From: Spirochaetota bacterium
GTDB lineage: Bacteria; Spirochaetota; UBA4802; JAFGDQ01
Assembly (NCBI GenBank): GCA_043803405.1
Contig: JAZDKB010000004.1
Span: 32,001 to 96,000 of the forward strand
DNA length: 64,000 nucleotides
Reading direction: 5' to 3'
A program made the translations under genes and the position numbers. Of the stretch, positions 42,550 to 51,902 are shown piece after piece. Numbering within the stretch: position 1 is the stretch's first letter; each line of letters opens with the position of its first letter. The notes under the pieces are model-generated. The model saw only the letters and a program-made list of their open reading frames with translations. It was not told the origin of the DNA and ran no database searches.

Positions 42550-43083
42550 TCAATCCTTAAATTCTTTAACTACAGCTTCGTATTTTTCATGAATCATTTT
42601 TCTATCAAAATCCCAAAATTCAGCAAGCATAGCCTGATCTTCTTCATCTGAAAAATAAGTGCGCGATGCAGGGAAAAACACATCATCTTCTTTCTTTATG
42701 TGCTTTGGATAAAATTCTATAAGCATTTTTAAACATTCTGTTATTTCTAAAAGTGATCCTTTATCTCCATTCCGATAACGTGTGTTAGCCTCAACTAAAG
42801 CTTTTGTTGTTTTTCGGCCTAATAGATGATCTTTTATCAATTCACTCATCAGCTTATGATCTTTTTCAGATAAATTTTTATTTCGAAGATTTCTGAATAA
42901 AATATCTTCTTCTTTTCCATGGTGAGTCCGGTCAGCATAAATCCGAATGAAGTCAACAGCTGTATCTATAAAATATGGATCAACCGATTTTTCCTGTTCG
43001 GCAAGTTTTAATTTCTTTTGAATTACATTTATCATTTTTTCAATTAATCTATGTTCTATCATAAGCGGGCCACGTGCTTGCAT
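42550..43083 (-). CDS. Hemerythrin-like (HHE cation-binding) protein
   Basis: EHRLI, HHGKEEDILF, DH, HIKKEDDVFF. Confidence 0.9.
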   Translation of the reverse strand: MQARGPLMIEHRLIEKMINVIQKKLKLAEQEKSVDPYFIDTAVDFIRIYADRTHHGKEEDILFRNLRNKNLSEKDHKLMSELIKDHLLGRKTTKALVEANTRYRNGDKGSLLEITECLKMLIEFYPKHIKKEDDVFFPASRTYFSDEEDQAMLAEFWDFDRKMIHEKYEAVVKEFKD

Positions 43084-43270
43084 ACCTGATCCTCCTGATA
43101 TTAATTTTAAGATATTATTATTTTGTTTCCATATAACTATATAATAAAACTAAAATTTTCAATCAAAAAAAATAATAGATCAGTTATCGCATCACAATCA
43201 GGATATTAAGTCATATACAAGCCGCATTCGTGATAAGCAGGTGCCTCAGGCAAAACGGATGAAATAAAGT

Positions 43271-43289
43271 TGACGTTTTAAAAACGTCA
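43271..43289. promoter_or_regulatory. Palindromic operator overlapping a -35 box
   Basis: TGACGTTTT-A-AAAACGTCA (perfect 9-1-9) overlapping TTGACG upstream of the thioesterase and ligase genes. Confidence 0.55.
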
Positions 43290-43361
43290 GGTTTTGATGA
43301 TCTCTGTCAAGCTTTAGCGCAGGATAACTATTTAATAAAACGATAAGGAAAGGTGCTTATT

Positions 43362-43835
43362 ATGAATGAAAAAGCCGTTCAGGATTATTACCGCGATGAA
43401 TATTCGCATTGTTTCGGATGCGGCAAACTCAATGTAGACGGTATGCAGATCAAGAGTCATTGGAACGGAGAAGAGAGCATCTGTCATGTTATGCCAAAGC
43501 CGTATTTCACGGGAGGCTTTCCTGGAAACTTATATGGCGGACTGATCGCCTCTCTGATTGATTGCCATAGCGCTGCTACTGCATCGGCAGCGAAGCTGTC
43601 CAAACAGGGGTTTACCCTTGAAAACCATCAGCTTTCCCGTTTTGTTACGGCATCATTGAAAGTCGATTACCTGAAACCGACGCCGATGGGAAAGGTGCTG
43701 GAATTACGGGGAACAATCAAGGAAATCAGAGAACGGAAAATTATCGTTAATGTTACGCTGTCAGCTGAAGGCGAAATCCGCGCGAAGGGAGAAGTGTTGC
43801 TCGTCCAGCTTCCGGAACAGGAAGGAACCATTTAA
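43362..43835 (+). CDS. PaaI/hotdog-fold thioesterase
   Basis: HCFGCG, YGGLIASLIDCH, FVTASLKVDYLKPTP. Confidence 0.88.
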   Translation: MNEKAVQDYYRDEYSHCFGCGKLNVDGMQIKSHWNGEESICHVMPKPYFTGGFPGNLYGGLIASLIDCHSAATASAAKLSKQGFTLENHQLSRFVTASLKVDYLKPTPMGKVLELRGTIKEIRERKIIVNVTLSAEGEIRAKGEVLLVQLPEQEGTI

Positions 43836-43902
43836 TACCTGCCTGTTGATATTTTATCAGTATCAATCACATAATTTTTCTGTTACAAGAAATGGAGGCT
43901 GC

Positions 43903-45963
43903 ATGAATACATTGTTTTATCCCCGGAGTGTTATGGTTGTCGGTGTTTCCAACGATCCGGTAAATTTGGGAAGATCTATTGTCCAAAACCTTGACCGCTT
44001 CAAGTTTAGCGGTCCCGTCTATTGCGTAGGAAAAGATGGCGGATATCTGGGAGAGAGAAAAATTTATACATCCATCGAAGCTGTAGATGCAGTGCCTGAT
44101 CTGGCTGTTTTTCTCATCCCGGCACGTTATATTCCAGGTGCAATGGATGCATGCGGAAGAAAAGGAATCCGCTATGCTGTGATTGAAACTGCAGGATTTA
44201 CCGAATTTGCAGAAGAAGGCCGCAACCTTGAAGATCAGCTGCGCAATGCTGCAAAGCAGTGGAATATTCGCTTTGTCGGTCCTAACTGCATCAGTATTAT
44301 CAATCTGGAAAACGGTCTAGTCCTTCCCTTCGTTTCATTTTACCAGCCCGAAACAAAGCTGGGTCATATATCCCTCGCTTCCCAGAGCGGCGGAGTAGTA
44401 GTAGACAGTGTCCGGCTTCTGTCGCTGGAAAATCTCGGTTTTAATAAACTAATAAGTATGGGAAACAAGCTGGATCTGAACGAGAATAACTTTTTTGAAT
44501 ACCTGGTATCGGATCCCGGCACTCATATAATAGGATTATATCTGGAACATATTGTAGACGGACGACTGCTCATGAACATTGCATATCAAAGCAACAAGCC
44601 GATTATCATTTTGAAGTCAAACATTGCCGATTCAAGCAGGAATATCGCCATGTTTCACTCTACTGCGCTTGCCGGAGACAATACGGTAGCAGATTCGGCG
44701 TTCAGGCAGGCCGGGCTTTTCCGCGTGAATAATATGCGTGAGATGATGGATAATTTCAAAATTTTTTCTCTGCCGCCATTAAAGGGGCCACGGCTTGGGT
44801 TGCTCTGCCGTTCCGGCGGCCAGGGAGTAATGCTGGCAGATTCCGCCTACAGGCATGGATTCGCATTATCCCGGTTCTCCGATGACTTTTTCGCATTTGT
44901 AAAAAAAGAAGTTCGTGCCGGCGTCATTCGGCTTACCAATCCTTTGGATATGGGGGATGTTTTTAATCTTCAGACACACATAGAAATTATGAAAAAGGCT
45001 CTCCAGGAAAAGGACGTGGATGGACTGGTGTTCAGCCATGCTTATATTGGAGATTGGGAGGTTCAGGCTTCCGAAGATCTCATCCGTGCTGCCCGTGATC
45101 TCTCGCTCGCTTACCGGAAACCGGTTGTCATCACAGTTGTGCCAAAAAAACAGGAATGGTTTTCAATGAAAGAGGCCGTTGATTTCCCAGTCTTCAGTGA
45201 GGCGGATGACGCGATCCGCGCTCTCGGTAATTCCTTACATCATTTTACAAACCTGTCTCTCCCGGGCTGGTCCCGGAAAAGGATTCCTCTTTGTAATGCC
45301 GGTAAAGTGCCCGGAAACAATGATTCGCGTAAATCCTCACGGCTTCTGGGTCCGGGAGAATCATATAGGCTGCTTGCTTTAACCGGGCTGCCTGTTGCGG
45401 ATTATCGGGTTGTCAGAGACGTTAAGGAAGGCGTAAAGGCTGCGAGTGAGATTGGCTATCCGGTTGCGGTGAAGATCGCTGAGCCGAATGTTCTCCATAA
45501 GACCGAGGAACAGGGAGTGAAACTCAATATCGCTGATGCGGCAGAACTGGAACGGATAATCAATGATATGAACGGAGAAGAATTTCTTATCCAGAAAATG
45601 GCCGGTACTGGACTGGAAGTCATTATCGGCGGTAAACAGGATAATGAATTCGGACCGATAATTCTCTTCGGGCTTGGAGGTATTTTTGTTGAGGTAATGA
45701 AAGATGTGGCCATTCGCGTAGCTCCTGTTGAAGACTATGACGCCGAAAGCATGATCGCCGACACGCATGGCGCCCGCCTGCTGGAAGGCTTCAGAGGGCA
45801 GCCCCCGGCTGACAAAGCGGCCTTAAAGAAGTGCCTGATGACTATTTCCAGACTGCTGTATGATCATCTGGAGATTACGAACCTCGACATCAATCCTATG
45901 ATCGTCCATAATGACGGCATGGGATGTGTTATTGTAGACGCGAAGATCGAAGTGAGTGAATAA
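43903..45963 (+). CDS. ADP-forming acyl-CoA synthetase (alpha-beta fusion)
   Basis: GPNC, SQSGG, MGNKLD, HSTALAG, NPLD, HKTE, GPIILFGLGG, DINP; GGAGG RBS before ATG 43903. Confidence 0.9.
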   Translation: MNTLFYPRSVMVVGVSNDPVNLGRSIVQNLDRFKFSGPVYCVGKDGGYLGERKIYTSIEAVDAVPDLAVFLIPARYIPGAMDACGRKGIRYAVIETAGFTEFAEEGRNLEDQLRNAAKQWNIRFVGPNCISIINLENGLVLPFVSFYQPETKLGHISLASQSGGVVVDSVRLLSLENLGFNKLISMGNKLDLNENNFFEYLVSDPGTHIIGLYLEHIVDGRLLMNIAYQSNKPIIILKSNIADSSRNIAMFHSTALAGDNTVADSAFRQAGLFRVNNMREMMDNFKIFSLPPLKGPRLGLLCRSGGQGVMLADSAYRHGFALSRFSDDFFAFVKKEVRAGVIRLTNPLDMGDVFNLQTHIEIMKKALQEKDVDGLVFSHAYIGDWEVQASEDLIRAARDLSLAYRKPVVITVVPKKQEWFSMKEAVDFPVFSEADDAIRALGNSLHHFTNLSLPGWSRKRIPLCNAGKVPGNNDSRKSSRLLGPGESYRLLALTGLPVADYRVVRDVKEGVKAASEIGYPVAVKIAEPNVLHKTEEQGVKLNIADAAELERIINDMNGEEFLIQKMAGTGLEVIIGGKQDNEFGPIILFGLGGIFVEVMKDVAIRVAPVEDYDAESMIADTHGARLLEGFRGQPPADKAALKKCLMTISRLLYDHLEITNLDINPMIVHNDGMGCVIVDAKIEVSE

Positions 45964-46182
45964 TCATTTCTTAACAAATGTGATAATTTAAAGATCAATA
46001 GCTGTTTACGTAATGATTAGTGTTGTATAATTCCGAACGGATGAGAGAAATCTCCTGATTAAATGTAAAAATATATTTCCCAGTCGCTATCGCTTCTTCG
46101 AAATGACAATTCAATATATTCAATCGTAAAATGCTATAGTCGCATATTTAACGCAAACCTGGGCTTATATAATGAAGAAAAT

Positions 46183-46956
46183 TCAGGGTACAGACGCTTC
46201 ATTTATTATAATATATATTGCCTTTAATAAGTGCGCGCTTTGCGCAAGCTGTAAATAGGCCTCTTCTTCCGTTAACCTGGTTTTATGTTCCTCTTGCATA
46301 GCATAGCCAATCTTTGAAGCTTGATTTGCAATATTTGAAATATGTATTGCTATTTCTTTATAGAATTTATTGATATTTGCAGACAACCGGATAGTGGGAA
46401 TTTTACTCATCCTTTTACGTATCTCTTCCGTAATCCTTAAAACCTTTGAATCAATCGTTTCATCCTTTGGGCCTGCATTTTCGACAATACCATCGTTGGT
46501 GCTATGATTTTCTTTATTAAAGTTATTATATTCAATGTTGTGAAAAGGCATTGATAGGTCCCCGATATAATGCGAGGCAAAACCAAGTGAATAGAGAGCG
46601 TACTTGCTTCCTGATCCCTTTATAATATAATTATTTATTGATGCTATTATTGCACCATAAAGATGCCCATTCGTGTCACCCGCTTTGTTATAATCATTAA
46701 ACTGGGCAAGTACTATATCTGGAGTAATCTTGTCTCCCTTTGGAGTATTGTTGTAATGATTTCCCGATTCTATTTCTCCGGCTTTTTCTTTTGCCATGTC
46801 GGCGCCTACTGCAAGGTAGGCATAATTACCAAGTCCGGCTGCTTTTGCAATTGCCATGTGTGTGGCGTCGTGCCAGGCCATTACTTGACTTGAGCAAAGA
46901 AGTAAAGCGAATACAACTGCTATGTAATTAAATAAAGATAAAAGTCTCATAAGCAC
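46183..46956 (-). CDS. Secreted zinc-dependent phospholipase C / S1-P1 nuclease superfamily protein
   Basis: Signal peptide ending VMA then WHDATH (N-terminal Trp/His); HYIGDLSMPFH. Confidence 0.75.
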   Translation of the reverse strand: MLMRLLSLFNYIAVVFALLLCSSQVMAWHDATHMAIAKAAGLGNYAYLAVGADMAKEKAGEIESGNHYNNTPKGDKITPDIVLAQFNDYNKAGDTNGHLYGAIIASINNYIIKGSGSKYALYSLGFASHYIGDLSMPFHNIEYNNFNKENHSTNDGIVENAGPKDETIDSKVLRITEEIRKRMSKIPTIRLSANINKFYKEIAIHISNIANQASKIGYAMQEEHKTRLTEEEAYLQLAQSAHLLKAIYIIINEASVP

Positions 46957-47089
46957 CTCTTGCTCCGGTTGAATTTATAGTCAGTTTTCAAAATATTTAT
47001 ATAAAGCAATAAGCCGATTAGCGATTATAAAACCAGCTATATAATAATATTGTTTCCCAATAGATATAAAGTATTAATGTTATTTTCAA

Positions 47090-48715
47090 TTAAAAAAATA
47101 AGGACGCATATATTCCAAATTTAGGATATAAACTGCTGTCCTCATAACTCTTATTAAGAGTCGTGCTCCGGGCTTTGTGATATTCCAGCGCTGTAAAAAA
47201 ACCGAAGTTATATTTGTTTTTATAAGTGTAGATCAGATAAACAGCGTTTGTATGGGAATCGCTCCGGTATTTGAACAATTGATCTTTTGCTGAATCAATG
47301 CCGGGAACTCCTGTAATGTCATTTCCAACTTCATATCCGTTGTACGAGTTTTTAAACTTTATTCTTCTGTAAATATAGCTATATCGTATATTTATATTTT
47401 CAAGATATATGGTTTCTAAGTTAAACCTTAGTATCCCTATCTGGGTATTTATTTTTATTTTTGGTACTGTATTTGCGTTATTTTCAGAATCATCAGTTGA
47501 ATCATTGTATTTATTACCCATAAAAGAAAAAGGATCAAATTGTAATTCGATTTTTAAAAAATGGTTCTGATAACTGGCGCCAAAACGATATGAGGGTGCG
47601 AAACCATAGTAACCGTTATTTTTGCTTCCATCCCGGATCCCCATGTTTAAACTGTCATAATACCATTGCAATGTGCATCTGCCATAATCTAATCCTGTTT
47701 CAAATGATATGCTGGGATTTAAACCATCATCCGGTGTTTTAAGGTCTCCTGATTTCCATTTGTATTTTTCCCATGGGACCAGGAACATATTAGGATCGAT
47801 CATGATGCCCAGGTGGAAATAATCGACCTTAAATCTATAGTAAATCTGTGTCTGGGTTTCTTCGTGGACAGAGTAGGGCATTGGGGCGCTCCCTGTGAGA
47901 AATATATGCTGGTAACCGAATATACCCGATGAGTACTCATTCTGCAAAATAGGTGTAAGATTGTTATTCCTGGAATTGGATGAGCCATATCTTGATCCGT
48001 ACGAAAACCAGTATCCGAGTGAAGTATAGTTTTTATATATCTGGGGTACGGCATAGAATTGCTGATATGTGTTATACTTATCAATACGCTCCCTGCCTGC
48101 TTTAATCCTGTCCAGTTCGATCTTGATCTGCACTGAATCATTCAGCATTTGCTGAGGAAAAACTTTTATTGTTTTTGCTTTACCTTTTTGAGTTTCTAAA
48201 TCAATAACCGGGCATAATCTGAAAGGATATGGATGCACGAATTCATAATTAATATTGCCATTATTATTAAAATTAATTTCCTTGCTGATTTTTTTAATTT
48301 TTATTTTCCAGATATTTTCTTTTGAGATTAAAACCTCGTGTCCGTCCAGGGTCAAAAAGGAAATATCGTTTTCGGAATAATCGATCGGCCAGCCTTCAAT
48401 AAGATTAACAATTTTATTATTCTGGACTGTGTCGATCTGGACTATATCTTCAAGTTCGTTTTTCTGAATCTGTATATAGGGAAAACTGTCTATTGAATAA
48501 GAGGTAAAATAAATTATTTCATACCTGGGGATCTCTTTAAATTTACCCTCCAGGGTTAAGAGTGTAATCTTTGATTTTTCTACTTTTAAAATGACTCCAA
48601 GTTCTCTTTCACAGGAAGAAACATAAAGTCCCTGTATATTTATAGCATATAGCGCTTCCGGAATAAATATTAATAGAAATATTAATATTATATATTTTTT
48701 AAAAAATAAGTTCAA
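47090..48715 (-). CDS. Hypothetical outer-membrane protein (paralog B)
   Basis: Probable TTG start at 48715 giving signal MNLFFKKYIILIFLLIFIPEALYA; C-terminus FGIYASLFF. Confidence 0.65.
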   Translation of the reverse strand: MNLFFKKYIILIFLLIFIPEALYAINIQGLYVSSCERELGVILKVEKSKITLLTLEGKFKEIPRYEIIYFTSYSIDSFPYIQIQKNELEDIVQIDTVQNNKIVNLIEGWPIDYSENDISFLTLDGHEVLISKENIWKIKIKKISKEINFNNNGNINYEFVHPYPFRLCPVIDLETQKGKAKTIKVFPQQMLNDSVQIKIELDRIKAGRERIDKYNTYQQFYAVPQIYKNYTSLGYWFSYGSRYGSSNSRNNNLTPILQNEYSSGIFGYQHIFLTGSAPMPYSVHEETQTQIYYRFKVDYFHLGIMIDPNMFLVPWEKYKWKSGDLKTPDDGLNPSISFETGLDYGRCTLQWYYDSLNMGIRDGSKNNGYYGFAPSYRFGASYQNHFLKIELQFDPFSFMGNKYNDSTDDSENNANTVPKIKINTQIGILRFNLETIYLENINIRYSYIYRRIKFKNSYNGYEVGNDITGVPGIDSAKDQLFKYRSDSHTNAVYLIYTYKNKYNFGFFTALEYHKARSTTLNKSYEDSSLYPKFGIYASLFF

Positions 48716-50345
48716 AAGCGCCACCGTATTCACATTTTTGTAATATTTTATTATCTTTATGATCAAAAAAATTATAATTATAAATATTATAGTAATAATT
48801 GAAGGTTGCTTTGATCGCCACATAATCGCTGAATCGGTTATGTAAATAGACTCCGGCATTATAATGCTGAAATTTTATATTATTTTTGTATTGTGGATAA
48901 ATCTGGCTGCTACCTGTCAAATCAAGGGCTTGAAAGGTCTCGCTGTATTTCCCGGACAGTATAATTCCATCAAGTCCAAGTTTTAACTCATTTGTTAAGC
49001 TGTAAATCAGTCCTGCTCTGAAATAGAATGAATTCAAACTGTATTTTTTTAAAGGGGTTGAATCATCATCCTCATATTCGGAATAGCCATTGACCTGTTT
49101 ATTATCTCCGGCATATCGTACAAAAACATTTTTCTTAATATCTCCGTTGCTGTCATTATAATCAGATATAGAAAAAATAGCCTTTATTTTCAGGTCTCCT
49201 TTATAGTAAATAAATCTTACAGTCGGGGATGTCTTTGGGGAAACGATTTCTCTTACATGGTTATTAACGTTCAAAGCATATATGGGATAGAACATGCCTA
49301 GAGAAGCGGAATATGGACCGTAATCAATTCCTAATAAAAGCATGTAATTATAATTAATCTCAACATAGGGGTTGTAGGAATATAATAGACTATTTGAATA
49401 ATCCAGATTATTCTTATCCTGTGTATAAAACCTGGTTCCTGCTGGCAGAGAACCGAGATTCATGTTCCCTATAAAAAGAGTATTGAAGAAATGAGTCTTA
49501 ACATCAGACTGCAGTATATTCGTATCAAAAAGTTCAGGAAGCCACTCTGAATCTGTTGTACCAACGGTTGTTTTACTCTGAAAACCATAGGCTTTGCCTG
49601 TAGACCATTGCATATACAGATCACCATTATTACTTTCTTTAAATCCGGCTTTCCGAAATAGTAAATTGCTTCCGAGTTTAAAATCCTGATCAAATATTAA
49701 AGGTTTTGCGTATAGATAGGTTCTTTCCTGGTAGCTGTATATTTTTATCAAATTATCCCGGGTTTTAATTAAATATTTACTAATATTTATTTTACCTTTA
49801 AATACCCTTGTAGGGTAAATAGTCAGTCCAGAAATGATTTTGCCTGTTCCCTGTGTGTTCTCATTCTCAGTATTTAAGATTACTTTTTTATAATTTGAAA
49901 GCTGCATACTGTCATTTTTTTTAAAATCATATTTTCTGAGTTTAACTATGTCTGTGAGTTTATGAACATGAATCTTGCCGCTTAGATCAAAAAATATAAC
50001 CATTTCATCTATCATTTGTATAGGAAAACCGGTAAAGGAGGGCGTGTCATTATCGAGTAGATATACATCCCGCAAATATTCCGCAATCTGTGAATTCAGA
50101 TCAATTTTTTCTATTGGATTCAAAACTATATTGTATATATATAAAACTTTTATACTTTCTTTATCTATTTTATTAACTTTGCCTTCCAGTGTCAGCACGC
50201 TTAAAGATGTTTCGTCAACACCTAATATAAATCCGGAATAATTCCGTTCTTTATTATCAGTAAAATTATAAATTTCAAATGCTGCGGCATTTATTTGAAA
50301 AATTATAATAATCAGAACTGATATTAGTATTTTAATAAGATTCAT
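48699..50345 (-). CDS. Hypothetical outer-membrane protein (paralog A)
   Basis: Signal peptide; Tyr-rich beta pattern; C-terminus YGGAFELIF; motif-level similarity to the downstream gene. Confidence 0.7.
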   Translation of the reverse strand: MNLIKILISVLIIIIFQINAAAFEIYNFTDNKERNYSGFILGVDETSLSVLTLEGKVNKIDKESIKVLYIYNIVLNPIEKIDLNSQIAEYLRDVYLLDNDTPSFTGFPIQMIDEMVIFFDLSGKIHVHKLTDIVKLRKYDFKKNDSMQLSNYKKVILNTENENTQGTGKIISGLTIYPTRVFKGKINISKYLIKTRDNLIKIYSYQERTYLYAKPLIFDQDFKLGSNLLFRKAGFKESNNGDLYMQWSTGKAYGFQSKTTVGTTDSEWLPELFDTNILQSDVKTHFFNTLFIGNMNLGSLPAGTRFYTQDKNNLDYSNSLLYSYNPYVEINYNYMLLLGIDYGPYSASLGMFYPIYALNVNNHVREIVSPKTSPTVRFIYYKGDLKIKAIFSISDYNDSNGDIKKNVFVRYAGDNKQVNGYSEYEDDDSTPLKKYSLNSFYFRAGLIYSLTNELKLGLDGIILSGKYSETFQALDLTGSSQIYPQYKNNIKFQHYNAGVYLHNRFSDYVAIKATFNYYYNIYNYNFFDHKDNKILQKCEYGGAFELIF

Positions 50346-50432
50346 TTTTTTTATTTGCTACGAGGAAAGTCAGATTTCTTAAAAATTGAACACTCAATGC
50401 CGGGCAATTAATCCGATTATTAAAACAGGCTG

Positions 50433-51092
50433 CTAAAAGTAGCTCGCTGCCAAAGCAATAAAAAATTGTCCGCTGTAATAGAAGATTAAACTTAAATGAT
50501 TATATTTCCATGGTTTCCAGAACTTATTCGCAGCAAGAATCATGTCCGAAATATAAAAAAGTAATGCGCCGGCGATAATCATTAATGCCTGTTCATTATT
50601 AAAAGAAGGACTGCTGCTTGTCGAGAAAGCCCGGCTTACCATAATGGAGATTATTGCTATATACCCGATAACCGGAAGCTTAGTAGCTTCAAGCCTGGAA
50701 CGGATAAGCACATAAAAAGAAATGCCTGTAGTTAAGAGAATTATTGCGGGCAGGGTATCCCATAAAGAGAAACGTCCAAGCAACATAAAGACAATCGTAT
50801 AAATTATATGTGCTGTAAAAAACAAACTCAATCCTGTAATAAAGGACTTTTTCCCATCAAACATTAAAGCTATATCACCGCCAATGGAAAATAGAAGTCC
50901 AAGTAATATACCGAATGTGTAAAGCAGGTTCTGTGTTGGCTCTAGAAAAGATAATAGCGCCGCACAGATCACAATTAACGTAGAAAGCGGTTTAAAAAAA
51001 TATATTTGTTGCTGATTGTTATTAAATCTGGCCCGTATTAAAATAAAAACTGTAATAACCAATACCGGAACCAGGTATAATGAACTTTTCAC
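50433..51092 (-). CDS. Lysoplasmalogenase (YhhN family)
   Basis: FKPL, GLLFSIGGDIALM, F..AH..Y, LFYISD, YYSGQ. Confidence 0.88.
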   Translation of the reverse strand: MKSSLYLVPVLVITVFILIRARFNNNQQQIYFFKPLSTLIVICAALLSFLEPTQNLLYTFGILLGLLFSIGGDIALMFDGKKSFITGLSLFFTAHIIYTIVFMLLGRFSLWDTLPAIILLTTGISFYVLIRSRLEATKLPVIGYIAIISIMVSRAFSTSSSPSFNNEQALMIIAGALLFYISDMILAANKFWKPWKYNHLSLIFYYSGQFFIALAASYF

Positions 51093-51241
51093 CGAAAGCC
51101 CCCGATAGTTATCATTATATTAATTTTTATATCTGCCGATTTTTTAAGCTTGTAAGACTGCCGTTTCAGTGAGGCAGCGTGTTGGCTTATCCATGATTTA
51201 ATAATATTAATTTGATAGTCAAGCTGTAATTATTAGTTTTT

Positions 51242-51385
51242 TCATCCTTTCTTTCTTTTTTTCAGGTTCTCATCCTGAGAACATTTCCTGCTTATTCAGG
51301 TAGAAACTCCAAGTTTCGGTAATAGCCATCTGTTTAGAATAAACCACCCGATTATAATAAGAATTAAGATATATTCCGGTTTCAT
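51242..51385 (-). CDS. Putative small membrane selenoprotein (U-x4-C); 47 aa with Sec30, 29 aa without readthrough
   Basis: Not in the ORF track. AGGAG RBS; MKPEYILILIIIGWFILNRWLLPKLGVST-UGA(51296-51298)-ISRKCSQDENLKKRKKG; hairpin 3' of the UGA. Confidence 0.6.
51263..51290 (-). promoter_or_regulatory. Candidate SECIS element (small selenoprotein)
   Basis: GUUCUC-AGGAU-GAGAAC stem-loop with lower CAG/CUG helix; loop begins 19 nt after the UGA. Confidence 0.55.
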
Positions 51386-51521
51386 GATATTTTAAATCTC
51401 CTTTTATTATTTTTATCTGACAAACCAAAGCTGGGGGAGAAACCGGCGCGATAGCACCGAAAATATCCTCCCCATCATTTATAATTTTTTTTCTGGAATA
51501 TGAATTAAGTAATATATAAAT

Positions 51522-51824
51522 TTAACAATGAGCGCCATTATTGATCGTAAAACCTTCATTATAGGCTGTTTTGTAGAAATCTATTTCTAAAGGTGAATTG
51601 CCGCCTATCATGCCTATGGTTTTTTCATCAATTATGATCTTTACTTTATCGAAATTGTACAGCTTATCCTTTGTGTCTTTTGACTCATCCAGAGCCATCC
51701 CCAGATTGGGTCCGCCTCAGCCTATTCCTGCTACATAAAGTCTAAATGCAGGTTCCTTATAATCGGATTTTTCCAGTAGTTCACTAAGCCGAATCTTTGC
51801 TTCGTTGGTTATGTTGATATTCAT
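51522..51824 (-). CDS. HesB/IscA-like selenoprotein, 100 aa, Sec36
   Basis: Not in the ORF track. AGGAG RBS; MNINITNEAK...FRLYVAGIG-UGA(51717-51719)-GGPNLGMALDE...GFTINNGAHC; the UGA sits at the GxGC/U position and the frame continues with HesB-like sequence. Confidence 0.88.
51681..51697 (-). promoter_or_regulatory. Candidate SECIS element (HesB-like gene)
   Basis: UGGCUC-UGGAU-GAGUCA stem-loop; loop begins 25 nt after the UGA. Confidence 0.55.
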
Positions 51825-51858
51825 AATGTGCTCCTCTTTGTAATTATTTTTTATCTAT

Positions 51859-51886
51859 TTATCATATTATATTGATAATATGATAA
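51859..51886. promoter_or_regulatory. Putative ArsR-type operator upstream of the HesB-like gene
   Basis: Perfect 12-4-12 inverted repeat TTATCATATTAT-attg-ATAATATGATAA (AT-rich, so chance cannot be excluded). Confidence 0.5.
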
Positions 51887-51902
51887 TAATGGCCAAAAAA
51901 AA

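Noticed and set aside
42253..42592. ORFs 42253-42504 (-) and 42398-42592 (+)
   Set aside because: No RBS or motifs; they arise from the GC-rich structured spacer
43750..43902. N-terminal extension of the acyl-CoA ligase ORF
   Set aside because: Overlaps the thioesterase; GGAGG RBS supports ATG 43903
46078..46110. Possible REP half-site (gtcgctatcgcttcttcgaaatgac)
   Set aside because: Too decayed and no partner arm in the window
48716..48859. N-terminal extension of ORF 47090-48859
   Set aside because: Overlaps the 3' end of the upstream paralog; TTG at 48715 gives a normal signal peptide
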